Assembly (NCBI GenBank): GCA_040954595.2
Contig: CM082592.2
Location: forward strand, 12,065,696 to 12,129,695
Source of the DNA: Balanoglossus misakiensis
Lineage: Eukaryota; Animalia; Hemichordata
Direction of reading: 5' to 3'
Length of the DNA stretch: 64,000 nucleotides
Positions 10,181 to 24,131 of this stretch are shown in pieces; position 1 is the first letter of the stretch; each line of letters begins with the position of its first letter. The notes below the pieces were generated by a model. The model was given only the letters and a program-made list of their open reading frames with translations, made no database searches and was not told the DNA's origin. The position numbers were made by a program, and so were the translations under genes.

Positions 10181-13100
10181 CTAATAAAAAAAAAGATAAG
10201 AAAAAAATGACATTATAAAGATGATAAATTCTATTCAGTTCAGTGAACGCCATGATTTGTATATGCATTCGATGGAGCAGATTGTGGTGGCGGAAAGTTT
10301 TCATCTCTCGATGAACATTCTCGCCAGCCAGAAATTTATGGTAACGCGTAATCGTAAACAAGTAAAGCAGTGCAGTTATAGTAGTATTGCTCCTAAAATC
10401 ACTTTATCTGTTTAGCCAGTTTACTTTCCACAGCAACACTTTTCAACAAAGAGATCGTCATGTGCTCGGCCAACTTTTAAATTTCCACATGAAATGTTTC
10501 GTGAAATGCGAAAATAAAATATCCCGCGTCAAGGCTTCCTCTGAAGATTTGAACTCGCTGCAGCTGACATCACAAGCAAGGTCGTCGTTTGCCTCCGTCC
10601 ACATAAATTCCTCCCCCTCACAGAAGACAATTTCACTAAATTTTCCAGAAATTATCAGCTCGATTGACACCCCGCCAAAGCTTAATATCATTTGTTTATC
10701 TGCTATCGGTAATTAAGTGCTATTAGGAAGCAGATGAGATAAACAAATGAGAAATACTTTCCCTTTCTTTAACTGACCCTGGCCTCCCACATCCAAACAG
10801 CGCAAGCATGTTCAATTTTTCTTACCATTTGTTTAATTGAACATCCATTAAACCGCTGGGGTGAATTTTTACTCCACATTCCGCGAACAAACCAAGGTCC
10901 TGACCCGGATTGAAGTGTTCAACTGTTGACCAGCTGTTGGTTATACACAGTGACAGTTGGGTTCTGTGAATGGTTGGTTGTTTCACCCCATATGTGCCAA
11001 ACATTGTTTTATTTTTGTTTAAAAAACCTTGCGGAATCCAAATTCCACACTGAATATCAAGTAGACCTGCCGTCACTAAAATGTCCATAAAAACTGAAAC
11101 CCTTTAATATCCTCTTCTTTTTCTGAGGGTGTTATTTTTGTACAAAAACATGACTGTTCTATCAAAGAAGACGATGAACCTGGATCACGTGCTCATGAAT
11201 GATTTTGGTGATGAAACATCATGAACATTGTGCGTTTTATAAAGTTCAACGTGTCTTTAATATTTCGAGTCAGACACCATTTGTTGTTTACGTTTCTTTT
11301 TGTCAAAACAAAACATTAATCTCGGTTCTTGACCATCTGTTCTATTTTGAATAGTGTGCAGTGTATTTACATGATCGCAATGTGATCACTCGGTGAACAT
11401 CGTAATTCATATCGAATAACAGACAACGCGTTAACGGATCCAAATGAATCCATTTTAACTATCGTCTGCAGAGATCAGTGACTCACTCTTTTCTCCAACG
11501 AGAAATTAAAGACGTTATGATTAAAGTACTTGGTACGCGATGGTACCGCTCCGCGACAACTGAATTGATATTCTTGACTCTGTAAGGTCTAACGGTACTT
11601 ATGCCTCTAATCTGGAAAAATGTGATACTCCCACATTTCCAGAAACAGATGCTTGGTACGTGCTCTTACCGCTCTCGCGAGATATCGGCTCGAGTAACCG
11701 AAAACACTTTAATGGTACAAGAAACTCGAATCGCTATTTTTGTCGGGAAAGTGGCGATGGATAAGTTTACAATGAAGTTGGTAAAACAACACACCAACCA
11801 CAAGTCTCTTTAAGTGAATGTAAATAAATCTACACTAAAAGTTGCCCAAGCCGACACATGTATAAATACAGATCTGTGTTTGGACTATATCACCAGAGTT
11901 ATCTGTGACTGGTTGACATCAAATGAATGGAGTTCCCCCATTTAAGATAACCAGGTCTTTAGAATCACTTTTAAAATATCAAGATATTTGTGTCTGTAGA
12001 TTACGTGAATAGGCCTATAGCTCCCCGGGCGTTGCATTTTCCGAAGTACACGTTCTCATTGCGCTGCAAGTGTACGCAATGGCGTAACATGAAAGAAGGT
12101 CAGAATCTTCATCCGGAAAACTGCTTCTACGTGCGCATGCGGTGATCCAGGGATAATGGTTGCGAAATAGTTTGTCCTTGGTGATGGATCCCTCAACATG
12201 GTGGGAATCTCAATAGACCTGTGTGAAATGTGTGAATTGTGAAGGTCCTTTGGAAGAGGAGGCAAAACGTATGCTAGTAATTATGAGAGACCCATGATGA
12301 ATTGAAATGACCTGGGTACCCCGCATCTTCGCTCGCCAAGGTCTTGCTCTCCGAATGTTGAATTTGTTCTTGAATATTAATGAGTCATGTCGATGTTTCA
12401 CGGAGCGTTCAGAAACATGCCAACTCTCTATGATGAACTCTCGTAACGAACGATGATATTGACATGCGTCTCCCAGATATTTTGACTGTTCCTCGGAACT
12501 TTCACTTCTTTTCTCTGTCTGTGTTTGATTGCACCTCGTCAACAGACAGGAAGATTTATGATAATGAAAGTGAAATCGTGGACCTAAACCGGTAATGGAC
12601 TTACTGCTGCATTTAGTTCGCTCATAAAAGCAATCAGGCGAAAAGAAAAACGATGATAAATTCCCCCAACAGATAATCAGACGTCCGTCCGCTTGTCTAT
12701 GACTTCCCGTTAGAAAAATAAACTATCGTCTGCTAAACTTTGCCAGATCACACAATCTCGGTGTTATCGGCAAGTACAGGGAAAGTCCATGCACCACTAT
12801 CAAGAATTTTGAGAAAATTGAAACCGAGTTCATCTGGCCACGGAACTGACATTTTATAACAGCAGTTTATTTTACTTTCTCCCCATCATGGAAATAAAGT
12901 TTTATCTGCTTCACAAAATACGTACACGTAGACATAAAATATGACGGTTATTTTTCATACCCCATTCATAGGTCGTCGGTGCCATTCTGTTACGTGCATG
13001 GGATGTACATTTTAGACCATGTGAAAATACACCTGTGGAAATGGATTGATCATCAGCGGGGCGGTCAAATCCTCAGCACTGTCCATTGACGTGTGGTGTA

Positions 13101-16100
13101 ATCCAGGCTACGGGTCCGGACCTTATATTGAAAGGTAGGATGAGTTTAGTCGTATCAAAAAGCGCGTGCGCTCGCGTGCTGTTGTCATCGGCTGCTGCAT
13201 GTGCGAACATCGATTTGCTATCGATGTCCTGTAAGAGTGGCAGTCAAGGTTTGTCACACAAAAAGCTCTACTGCAAGGGTTGCCTGTTTCTCCGTTCCAG
13301 TAACGAATGAGTGACATTTCTGTTGAACAAGTTAACTCAGGTAAAGTTTAATTCGCCGACACAGTCGATTTTCACACTTGGTTGAACCCAGCGGGAGTAA
13401 AATAGCAAGATTCAATGAAGCGACTAGACACGCTAATTGGCGCACCTGAAATGCGCTCCGATTGGAACAAGTTATGCAACTCCGTCTGACCGGTTGTCTT
13501 GGTCATTGTGCGCGTAAAAACGTAGATGGATATGCTGTAGAAGAAAATGCAAACCGCGTTCATTTTCCAATATATTTTAGATGACTTTGAGTCATAAACA
13601 AATCGCTTATTTCCGCAACATACACAACGAAGGTGCTGAGTCACATGCTGTGTCAAATGATTTCGCAGAAACTCTTCGGTGGTGTATAGTCCACCTAACA
13701 TGTTGGCGGTGATACCCTCAACCCATGACGATCTTACATGTGTTTAATTAGCATATTAGTTCAACGTTCACGCATACTGTCCCCTACCAACCACCTGGCA
13801 TCTGCGTGAAGCTAAACTGCGATAACAGGATGTACCGTATCAGGCATTTGAAATTAAATAAATAACCTAACGATTGCTTAGAGAGAGGGAACATATATTT
13901 TTCCCGATGCATACGTCATTATCAGTAATTCGTGCGGGGAGAACAGCGGAACTTACGCAATAGAAACAAAATAATTGCAAAGACGATGTCGTAACTGCGG
14001 ATGAGTCACGTGGTCAGCGAGGAACATGATGAGACTGTTGTTTATTTTGTACGTCCGTTACACAAACTACTCAAGGCAATTTTACAAAATCCGGGTTCAC
14101 AATTTCTGGAAACAACAATGGTAATACTATAGTAGGACTTTTTTTTTTATAAAGGATTGTCCATGATCATTTGTGGCTGTGAAAAAGTTCACTGCACACG
14201 CGCACCAGTGTAAGTGGCACGTTCGTCCGTGTATTCTTAGAAAACGAAGAGAATCTCCAAGCACCTTTACATGCACATGGTGATAAACTGTAAAAGTTAA
14301 TGTACATTGTATTGTACCATGGGAGAATGCTAATGTTCTGCATGAAGAGAAACATGCCACGGTTATTTGTGGGGAATCACTGAGTTTTTAAGAACTTGGG
14401 AGGTCAACCTATTTTTAGACTTTTAGTACCACGACGGTGCATATGGTATAGTGCTCTCTCTCCGTCTTATCTCATTTTGTCTGGGATCGCTCTCAAGTGC
14501 TCTGACCACAAGGGAGGGAGATAACATATCGGGCTTATAGCTTCTTAAATTCGCTTGACCGGCTGCCTCGTGACAAAACACGTGTCAAAACCGGCGTGCG
14601 TGCAATCAATATACCAACATGAATACATCATGTACATGCATGTGATGTCGATCGATTACCACTGGCTGGATTTTGGAGTTTTTGACATATCGTTCGAAGC
14701 AAGAGCGCATCCGTCAATATACTAGTACTTGTACCATGTAAATGCTTTTTTGTCTCGCAATGAGAGACGCCTGTGTCATTAGAGTTACACTTCAGGAGTA
14801 TTTAGCCTTCATGTAAATGATACATCTCCAGGACTCTAACACAGAGCATTCGAGAAATACCACAACTCTTTTAAGATGTCAGACAAGGAACAGTTACATA
14901 AACATGATAAACCATGCCCGGCCAAAGAGTTTTGTCTGCGTCTGAGAAGCTCCTCTTGGGATCTTCTAGAGATCCCTTGTGGTCCTCAGACTGACAGGTT
15001 GACATCAAAGTTTCGGATCAGACCAGTCACATACAAGTGCACACTACAAACCCCGACATGCAGCACGAGATAAGAGGGAGGGTTTTGGCGATCAGTCACA
15101 TTGTCGGTGATTCTGTCTACTAATCGACTTCAACAAGGAACATGCATTGTTCCGTTGTTTGTTTCAACTGTCTGGTATCTGTTAGATGCGAAAATCTATA
15201 CAATGTCTGCCATTAAAACAGTGAGAATAGACATGGCCTTGGCGAGGGGAAACGTTTCAAAAGATAAGCTGCCTACAAGTCAATAATGCAAACTAGTTGC
15301 ATTTGCTTGTGAAATACAGTGTGCTCTCCTTGTCTGCTTCTAAACAGGTGGGGACCGAAAGTGGACTTGGTTTCATACGAATTGAGGCACGCCCTCACAT
15401 GGAAGGACAAAACTGTGGCAATCAGGGTCAGTCCATGGGGTACGGCGTGAAATTTCCTCAGTCGAACAGTCTACACATATTGTGTCGCATTTACGCTTGT
15501 CTTTCCTCTTCTGATAAACATACCTGGATTCAGGAAGACTTTTGTAGCGTCATCATGTCGATTTTGTAGTCTCACACTCCATTGAACCGGACTTTTCCCT
15601 GTATACTGGGGGGGGGGGGGTTAATTGATATAATCACTGATCAGTGGACGAGCAAATTGAGTTAACTTTGTCATGTGATTATATGGTCCATTGTCAAGTA
15701 TGTAAATACACTTTGGAAGTTTAGCAAGAGATGATGGAGAACAATATTGTGCTACCGACGCCGGCCATGTTTTGTTTCAGTGGATTTTTTTATCGACCTG
15801 ACCATGTCACAGACTACCGCCGGAAGCAAGGTCACGAATGGTCACTGCCCAGACCTGATTTCCGAGGAGATAATCACACATATGTTGTCCTCAAGATGGT
15901 GTCATTCCACATACGAGTACATGTACAACACAAATTCGAACAAATGTGTTGATGTATTCTCATGCTGGAAAAGACCATCGCATTCCTCGAATCTTTTTCT
16001 AACTCACGGTCACATAATTTCCATTCGACTAGAACATTTCGATCGCAGTCATTGGAAAATAAACGAACAAACAATCAAAAAAGGGACGAAGCCACAATTT

Positions 16101-19100
16101 TTGAAGGATTTCGCAGTTTGGTGTCAGGTGCGGTGATTTGTATAGGTGTTGATTCGGCAATGAACGGTTGTGTGACAATCGGGCGACAGCGAGGCTTTGG
16201 TCCGGGTATCGTAACCAAGGAAACGACTTGAATGTTCAAAAGTCGAAAATATCCCTATTAGGCCTTCTAGTCTTCTTCGAGTCAAGAGATTAAGGTGACC
16301 TCTGACAGTCAGAATCAAAAAGGTCATTGCTGCCTGAGTAGCGTGAACAAGCCCTTGGCAGGACCATGAAACACCCATCCTTGTTGATGAATAGACATTT
16401 GAACGGGCCAAGGGGCGTCCTGCCGGGAACAATCACACCTGGATTCGCGTTTTGTATAGAACCATGATGCGAGCACAGAACCATTCTTTTTCATCTTGAA
16501 CAAAACTCCAATTCAATTGTGTGTGAGAGGACAGCGGGCGGCAGAACTGGGGCATTGATTGAAGAATACACACTTTCTCATGGCAAGAAATATTACAGAG
16601 TCATCGCAAAACAGGATTATCGATTCGTCTCAACTCATGCACCTGAGGCTACCTAGCCGTGTGGTGAACCCTCAATGAAAAGTACAGGAGCCGTGCGCTG
16701 TTTTGTGTGTGTGCCCTCAAACACCTTTATTCGTATTCATGGCATTTCAAGTGTATGCCCAGATACTGTGCTATTTACACACCTTTCGACTCACTGTCAC
16801 TCGCCAGCCAACAAAGCCAGACTGGTGGATCCAGCTTGTAACACTTAGCAAGACAAGCCCCCGAACCTGGCTGGTATTCTAAAAAGGCGGCATAGTAATC
16901 AACAGTGAATAAAATTGTAATGGAACTATTTACCAATTCATCCTGTTGGGTGAATCAATAGACGACTGGGTGTCAATACCCTCACAATAGCTTCTTGCGC
17001 TCTCTGACCTTGGCTTTAGGGAATTTCAACGCCGCTGTTTTCTATACAAGGTGGGCGTTTTGAAACCCTTGAGCGTGTACTGTTATCAAGTCTACCTTGG
17101 GGGAAACACAATTTGGCCAGCAGAAAGAAAGAAAGAAAAATGTTTGTTGACAAAACGCCCTGCACCATCTGAAAGAGAGCATGAAACAGACCATTACGAT
17201 CTGTTGTGAAATTACGTCGACTGTCCGTCATGCGATTATACCACAACCACTTGATACTGCATGCACTCCTGTACTTAGACGAGAGGAATTTTGGAGCCAG
17301 ATAACGTAACGGCATCTCAGAACGGTAATTTACCACAGTTCGTCCGTAACATACCGGCAACCATGAACTCAAGGGACCTCAATGTACCAGCGACCTCAGG
17401 AGCTTGCATGGAAATTTTGAGTGTCCTTATTCCACGGTGCGTGCACACTGCCGCGGTCTGTTTGTAGTCTGATACCAGCTGCTGATAACATCGAAAGACA
17501 GAACCCATATTCTCTCTATCCTCTTGTATTTCACCCGTGAATTGTTTTCGGTTGAACCCCACTCGAGAAACGCAGTAACAATTTCAACTGGCAACACGAA
17601 GTCACCCGAGCGTAGTCGAGTTTTGACAGTTTTCACTTTCACGCTACTACAACGGTTGCTGTTTTGCACCAGTAACTCAACACGTAAACATTTCTTTTCT
17701 CTGTTTGCCTACACCGTACATCTGACACTGAGAATCTCTCTGCACCCGCCGAAACAAAAGATGGAGCTACAACAGAACCCAAAGCCAAACTCGTGAAATA
17801 AGCTTAGAATCCACGAGACAGGCTAGTATTGGTGAAAACCCTAGCCGTCCAGCTGTGACATTCTTCATACATGCATTTCTATCCAACAAACTTACGACAA
17901 CCAATTTTCCCCACAAATCCTGCAAAAGAGGGGATTTTTTTGTTCAATGTACACTTTCGACAACTAAGTCGACTGTTCGTTCGGCTGTCTTATTTTTCCG
18001 AGTGTCCACTTGCTGTTTTTCCCAGCAAAAGGTCGACTCGGGCATTACTGTGTGACCCGTTGGTGACAGCTTGTTTACATAGCCTGCCTGATCTATTGGT
18101 CCGACAAGGGCCCACTGGTGCAGATCAGTATGTAAACTCTCGCTGAACTCTTTCAGTCTGCTGTACTGTTGTTGAATGCCAAGTACAAGGACGAGATACT
18201 ATATACAATTATAACTCATATTGTTTTAGTGTGGTTTTTAATTTAGTGGAACCTTTATTGTATATGTCATGCTCAAAATCCCACTGGGGATAAAATGCTT
18301 CCAATTTTGAGTCGTACATTTTGTATGCCTCGGTACAGATACCTTTGCATGGGGCATCCATTAACAATGGCTTCAGGTAAAAAGGGGGTTCCTCTGTAGT
18401 TCAAGTTCAATCAACTGTATATAGTGTTTGGGTAATCGTTGGCATGTAGTCTGACTTTGTAGTTGCTGAGTGACCTTGCAGGGCCGGATCGCCGGGGTCG
18501 GTCGGTCGGTCCAATTCATTGAAGGAATGATAGTCGTAACGTTGGCCCTGCTCTTTTCCATAACCTTTTTCCTGTGTATGGACAATAGTTGCCATGCAGT
18601 GCGCAGAGACCTACTCCCTACCTACCTCCATGGTAGAAATGAACACAAATTTGATATCTGGGGCTGGAGATCGGAACTGCTCGGAGAACAAAAGAGCTAT
18701 TACATAGCAAATACCTCTCTGTGTAAGAGAAATATTTATAAACAACGGCTTAGTGCACCGGTATGGCATTGTTTGCGCCGAGTAACTTTACCCCTTCCGG
18801 TATAGGAATGGCAGAAGTGGACAACTTACTTAAGATGATCTGCTTATACTTCAGTTATCAACTTTACTGTGTTGACTTAATACACAGGGTCACGATCCGC
18901 ATTTTCGAAATATTTGCACAGTTTATCGGTGAAACCCGTTATGTTGCTTTTATCGCAGAGTAAATTTGGAATTGTCTTTATCACAGAAACAATTGTTTAT
19001 TCGGCCAATTTTAAGAAGGGCCCGTTGTTTCTTGTCAAGTTCGACGTATCTTTTGTATATGACCATATCTATGCAAACCAAAGCGGAACTGTTGCCAGAT

Positions 19101-20685
19101 CGGTTACCCAGGCAACTGATATACGCCTGTCTAGCTAACTGTTTGCAAACACCACCCGCCGATAAAGTGCAGCGTCCAATTACAATGAAATCAGTACGAC
19201 TTCATTGTGAGCACATTACGCGCAACTATGTGACCCAGCCTGACCTTCTCACCCTGTGAACTGCAAGACACGAGACAACCCTTGCCAAAAAGTGAATGAG
19301 AAACCGTGTTTGGTATTTTCAGAGTCGACTTCTCCGTCTGATTGGTATCCCGTTTCCAATTTCCGCAAAAACATTTAGTATTTAGGCCTAATCCACCTCA
19401 CCAGTGGCCGCATACGATTTTGAAGATTCGGCATTGTTGTCACTTGTAGTAAAAGTGATGCTTGATGGCTCAATTGTTAATCGACGCTATTTACATTCAG
19501 CCCTTCACACAGGAAGACCGCGAGTACTAGTATTAAGATATTTGTTGTTGTGCAAATGCTTGTTCCTCTCTGGGTGGCGGCGGTATTGGAAACAGGACAC
19601 TGAAGTTCAAAAGTAAACCAACAATGAAAGTGAGCACACCTGCAATGATTGGTTCTAAACACACAGACTTCTCAGCGCTGTTTATGTTGAAGATAAAACC
19701 CAGTTATGGTTTCAACCGTTGTTGTCGGTGTCCTTTCGGGAACACGAGAGCAGTGACGTTATCTCCACCACTGCAAACAATCCCACCAGTACAGTGGTGG
19801 ACGGAGCCGTTGAGTTGCCCAACACAACGTTCTCTTGGCTTTCTGGGAAAGTGTCGACACAAGAAAATTTGAATGCTGGCCTAACTTCGGGTTTTTGGTG
19901 TCGTTCTATCACATCGGTGTCATTAAAAGTCCCACGTTTATTTTATTGAGTTGACTTTTCTTCATGGTGTTGAGCATCGCCGCGGGCGTTCGAATCCGAA
20001 ATCCGATTAAAGGGAAAAAGCTTACGCGCATATTGGTAGCAAATGTTCTTTCTTTCTGTCATTGTATCGTCATCATTATGCTTGATCTGGAAAAAGTGTG
20101 AATTTACTAATAAACCCCGTCACAAACATCTTGTCTGTGGCGTAGCGAAGACGGAGGTAGTTTAGAATTACGATCGTTCATTTTCCAAGTTCCCAGGATA
20201 GATTCAGGGCCGCCGTGGCGGAACAAGAATTATTCAACGAATGCACAAACTTGTTGATTTTTAAGCTTTTGTCCCACACAAAGAATGGATGAATTCGCAA
20301 CATCTTCTATTGAAAAGTAAACACTGGAGTTTTATAGTTAAGCCATGTTTCTCAACTACACACTTGTGTTCACGGATTTAAAGGGGTAATGAGCTCGTCG
20401 TTATTGTGCAAAATTCGCATTATTCATGAAATTGTGTGTTGTGTCCGCTGTGACTCAAAATCCATGTGTAGGTTTATCTGTGAATGTCTCTAGTGGCTGC
20501 ACGAAGGTTGTGACTTCCGATTGAATCACGTTTAGGGTCATGTCGGTTTGAGTAAAAGGGATTTCCGCCAGCGCTGAAGGGACGCTTTGGTCAATATTGG
20601 GTTATGATGGAATTGGACGGTCGGTAGACACGGGATACGTTTGATGTGTATCCTAATGAGTGCTACCCCCGGTAGATGGGATTTC

Positions 20686-20714
20686 GTGGTTGTTGTTGTT
20701 GTTGGTGGTGGTGG

Positions 20715-20766
<52 letters not shown>

Positions 20767-20814
20767 GGTGGTGGTGGTGGTGGTGGTGGTGGTGGTGGTG
20801 ATGTTGGTGGTGAT
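20686..20814. repeat. Compound trinucleotide microsatellite (GTT)n(GGT)n(GAT)n(GGT)n
   Basis: Directly visible, inside intron 1 of the EMI-collagen gene. Confidence 0.97.
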
Positions 20815-22469
20815 GCAAGATAGTGTGGTAGTTGCAACATCAACCGATTGAAAGCTCGCCGGCAGTGTCGACAAATGCAGCATGTTTCATGCTTTCGAGC
20901 AACCAGTCGAGTCGTTGCTGGAGGCAAAACACCAGGAGGCGTGCTGCTGGCAATCACTACACATCTCCAATTAAGAAAGCAAACAAACAATTAAGGATCA
21001 TAAAAAATAATTCGACGAGTATGACCTCCTTTGACTCCTGGCGTGTTGCTGTCGTCGGATAGAAATCGGATCCTTCAAATCTACGTATATTATACATTGT
21101 AAATTTAATGTGAATTCTCTGTCATTGTTTTTATTTCAGCGATTACAAAATCACGATGGCATTTTCGCCAAAGGGCACCCAACTTTTGTTTTTTTCTTAT
21201 CTCGGTATGAATAGGTACTTGACAAGACTAAGAAAACGACGCGGTCTATTGAATAATGTTTACACTCAAAAATCGCCAAAATAAAGCCTTTAGTACGTAT
21301 TTAGCTCGACCAAGTGAATAAACGTCCGAGGCCTTTTGCGATCTGCCGCGTAGTCGTTCTGGAAACAAAGCGTCCTCTTCACAGGGGAATTTCGTCAAAG
21401 AATAAGTGGAGAAACCTCCCTGTAACAACCGTCTTTGTTCTAAACTACAATTAAAGTATGCAATCAAGCGATAGGTCACTTTAGTTCATGATTAGTAAAG
21501 AAAATATGCCACGGGCTGTGTGGTACAATTGTCCATAGTTTTGTTAAATTTGTGCATGGGATTGTGTGTGTGTACGATGTGTCCGGACAGATTGGGGTTT
21601 TGTATAAGCTAATACGTGAATTGCGAAGTTGCGCTGGTAAAATCATTAAAAGTTTACGGTCTGTTTCACGAATTAAAGAGTACAATGTACATATTTTCCT
21701 TGGTTACCAGCAACGATTTGCAGTGCTCTTGAACTAACACAACTTGAGTCGCCCATGTGCGCATAGTGGAACAGGCGGACGCGTAGCCAAGTTTCTGCCT
21801 TTTCTTGACTTTATAGCAAGACCTAGATCAGTAATTAGCATAAATGGGTGTGGCACGATTTCCAAAGTTGGAAAAATCCTGGGATTGGAAAGTCTTTGCC
21901 TTGAAGAGCCGTCTCTATTCATTTCTGTCGTCGTTTAGCAAGACAACAAATGCATTCAAGTTCCTCTGAGTGTTCGGTATCCACTATTTCTCTTGTCTTT
22001 GAAATAGTTTTGATTCGCAGCTTTTTGAGATTTGGTAAATAGTTTACGGGAAGAATGTCGCTCGTAAACCAATTCAGTTGCCGACTGCCTGTCACTTGTC
22101 AAGTCAAGTTTACCCACTTTCCCTTTTAATTAACGCAATTAACACACTCCAGTGAATGTGTAAATCTTGTTATCCGTCCAACCATGCATGTTGATGGAGA
22201 TGTTGTTCCCCCGGGGGCGTTACTGTTTTCGGTTTACACCGGTGGCTTTTCACAATACTCCAGTATAAGGAGAAAGGAACAGAGCGCTCTGCTTTTCTTT
22301 CGCCTTGACGGCATATGTCAGGACAGGTACAGAGTGGATTCGCGGAAGGTTCGAAAAAGTTGGTCCAGGGTAGATTCGAGTGACGTCCGTGACACATGGG
22401 TTACCAAGTCACAAGCCTTGAAGTTGTCAAGATGGACCCTCGAAAATGATAGCCACAGGTGTAGTGAAG

Positions 22470-22500
22470 CACACACACACACACACACACACAAACAAAC
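22470..22500. repeat. (CA)n/(CAAA)n microsatellite
   Basis: cacacacacacacacacacacacaaacaaac. Confidence 0.9.
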
Positions 22501-24003
22501 AGACGTGTCAATAAAACAAACTGCATTTCTATATGTCATGTCAATATTCCACACAACTTTTTCGTCTTCTCAGGGCCAAGCTTCAAAAGAAAGAATTTGA
22601 AACCATCGATTTTCTCTCTGTCTTTTTAAGCGATGTTGTCATGGTGAAAAAAACGTCTTTAAAAATCAGCAGCACGGCTACTGTTCAGCGAGGCCAGTAT
22701 TTTATTGAGCTCTTGGGTGGAGAGGCGTATCGTCCGCCAACCGCCCGTAGACTTTACTGTAAATTGAATCTTTGCGTCTCTTTCAATGCGGTGCACTTAG
22801 CGCCGGTGCTTTCGCCTGTGAAAAGAACTCTCTCTCTCTCTTTATTCTCGGTCGTTTATTCCCCCGATTAAAATACCTGCAGCTGTGTTGGGGTTAACAT
22901 AGCCTCGTCTGGGAAATTCTTTTGGAAACACTTACCCTTCGTATATTTGACAGGTATAGTAGCCGGACTAAGGTGCCCACTTATTTTTTGTTCAAATATC
23001 CCTTCTTAAGCATGCCTAGTCCTGGCGCCGTACACTTCGCAAGGTCCGAACATCCCAAGGAGAGTGAAGTTCTGGACTAATGCGTTCGACCCCTCAAACA
23101 ATGGCGTCTCGCACGATGGTAAAAAAAATGATGTCATATAATACGGTGAAATAACGGATCTCCATCCCCAATGAATGGCACCTACTTACCAAGCTTTGAA
23201 TTGACGGCCATTGAAATCGTGTTGCGATTTAGTGTGTACATGTCGTACTACTGAGCGGACAAAGGTCTGCTTGATGAGAAACGGGGGTTTACCTTGCGAT
23301 GGCGACTCCGACGTTTAATTATCTGCAACCTCGATTAAATCACCGAAACACAGATTCATCACCAGAAGAAAAGAAACGCAATTATGGACTGTTATCAATG
23401 TGAGCGCAGGTCACAGAAAACGGCGATTTAATAATTAATCCCAACCCGACCGCTAGAAGAATCGGAGAATCGTCACAATTTTAACGCAGACGACGACAAA
23501 CATCACCGCCGAAGATTTCGGGTCTGTGTACCCATAATTGTAGTTAAAACCATACTGTACACAGTTCACTGAAACTTTTTGCGATCCTGGTGAACTCTGG
23601 ATCCAGGTCAAACCTTAGGTCAATCGCTAGTGAAGTAAATAAATAAATACAGCCGTGCCAGAAGTTTAGTCAGTTGTAGCACCGTGTGGCTTGTAGCACT
23701 AAACACTATGTAGTCTACCAGCCAAGTAAACGACCCTTCACCTACACGTAAACGCCACTGTTAACTATCTGTTACAGCTGTACAGGCTCGCGCGCCCCTC
23801 CCCGGGGGCAAGGGGTTTGTTTAAGTTTTCACCACACGTGAAATAACCATTTAGTTGAAATGGACACGACACGGCAATTGTTAGACTGTCTTATTCAATC
23901 CGCATTACAAATTAAAAGCCGGTCGCATTCTTTAAACATGAGCAAGCTTTCCCTGAAAATCTACACACACAAAAGGAAGAACACGAACTCAACTGACACA
24001 TAC

Positions 24004-24131
24004 CTATTTTGACGGTGGCCATAGCCGAGTACCTTGACACCGTTGTCTGCAACAAGTAGCACCAGTAGTAGGGATGTTGTCAACAAAAGTTTACGGTCAA
24101 AGGAAGTCACGGAGAGTTCGGGAGTCCACAT
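24004..24131 (-). CDS. EMI-domain collagen, exon 1 (start codon and signal peptide)
   Basis: ATG at 24131-24129 and donor AATAG|gtatgt. Encodes MWTPELSVTSFDRKLLLTTSLLLVLLVADNGVKVLGYGHRQN(R), with a hydrophobic h-region. The phase-2 end matches exon 2. The joined CDS is 1050 nt (349 aa + stop). Confidence 0.75.

Noticed and set aside
17354-17508. Possible alternative first exon on - (MGSVFRCY...MVA, gtatgt donor, upstream CCAAT)
   Set aside because: It ends in phase 1, incompatible with the phase-2 EMI exon 2, and has no signal peptide. A non-coding exon cannot be excluded.
19960-20000. B-box-like GTTCGAATCC (tRNA or SINE)
   Set aside because: I could build no cloverleaf and found no convincing A-box or acceptor stem.
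20538-20990. ORFs with poly-Pro/Ser/Thr/Gly/Asp runs
   Set aside because: These are translations of the compound microsatellite in all frames.
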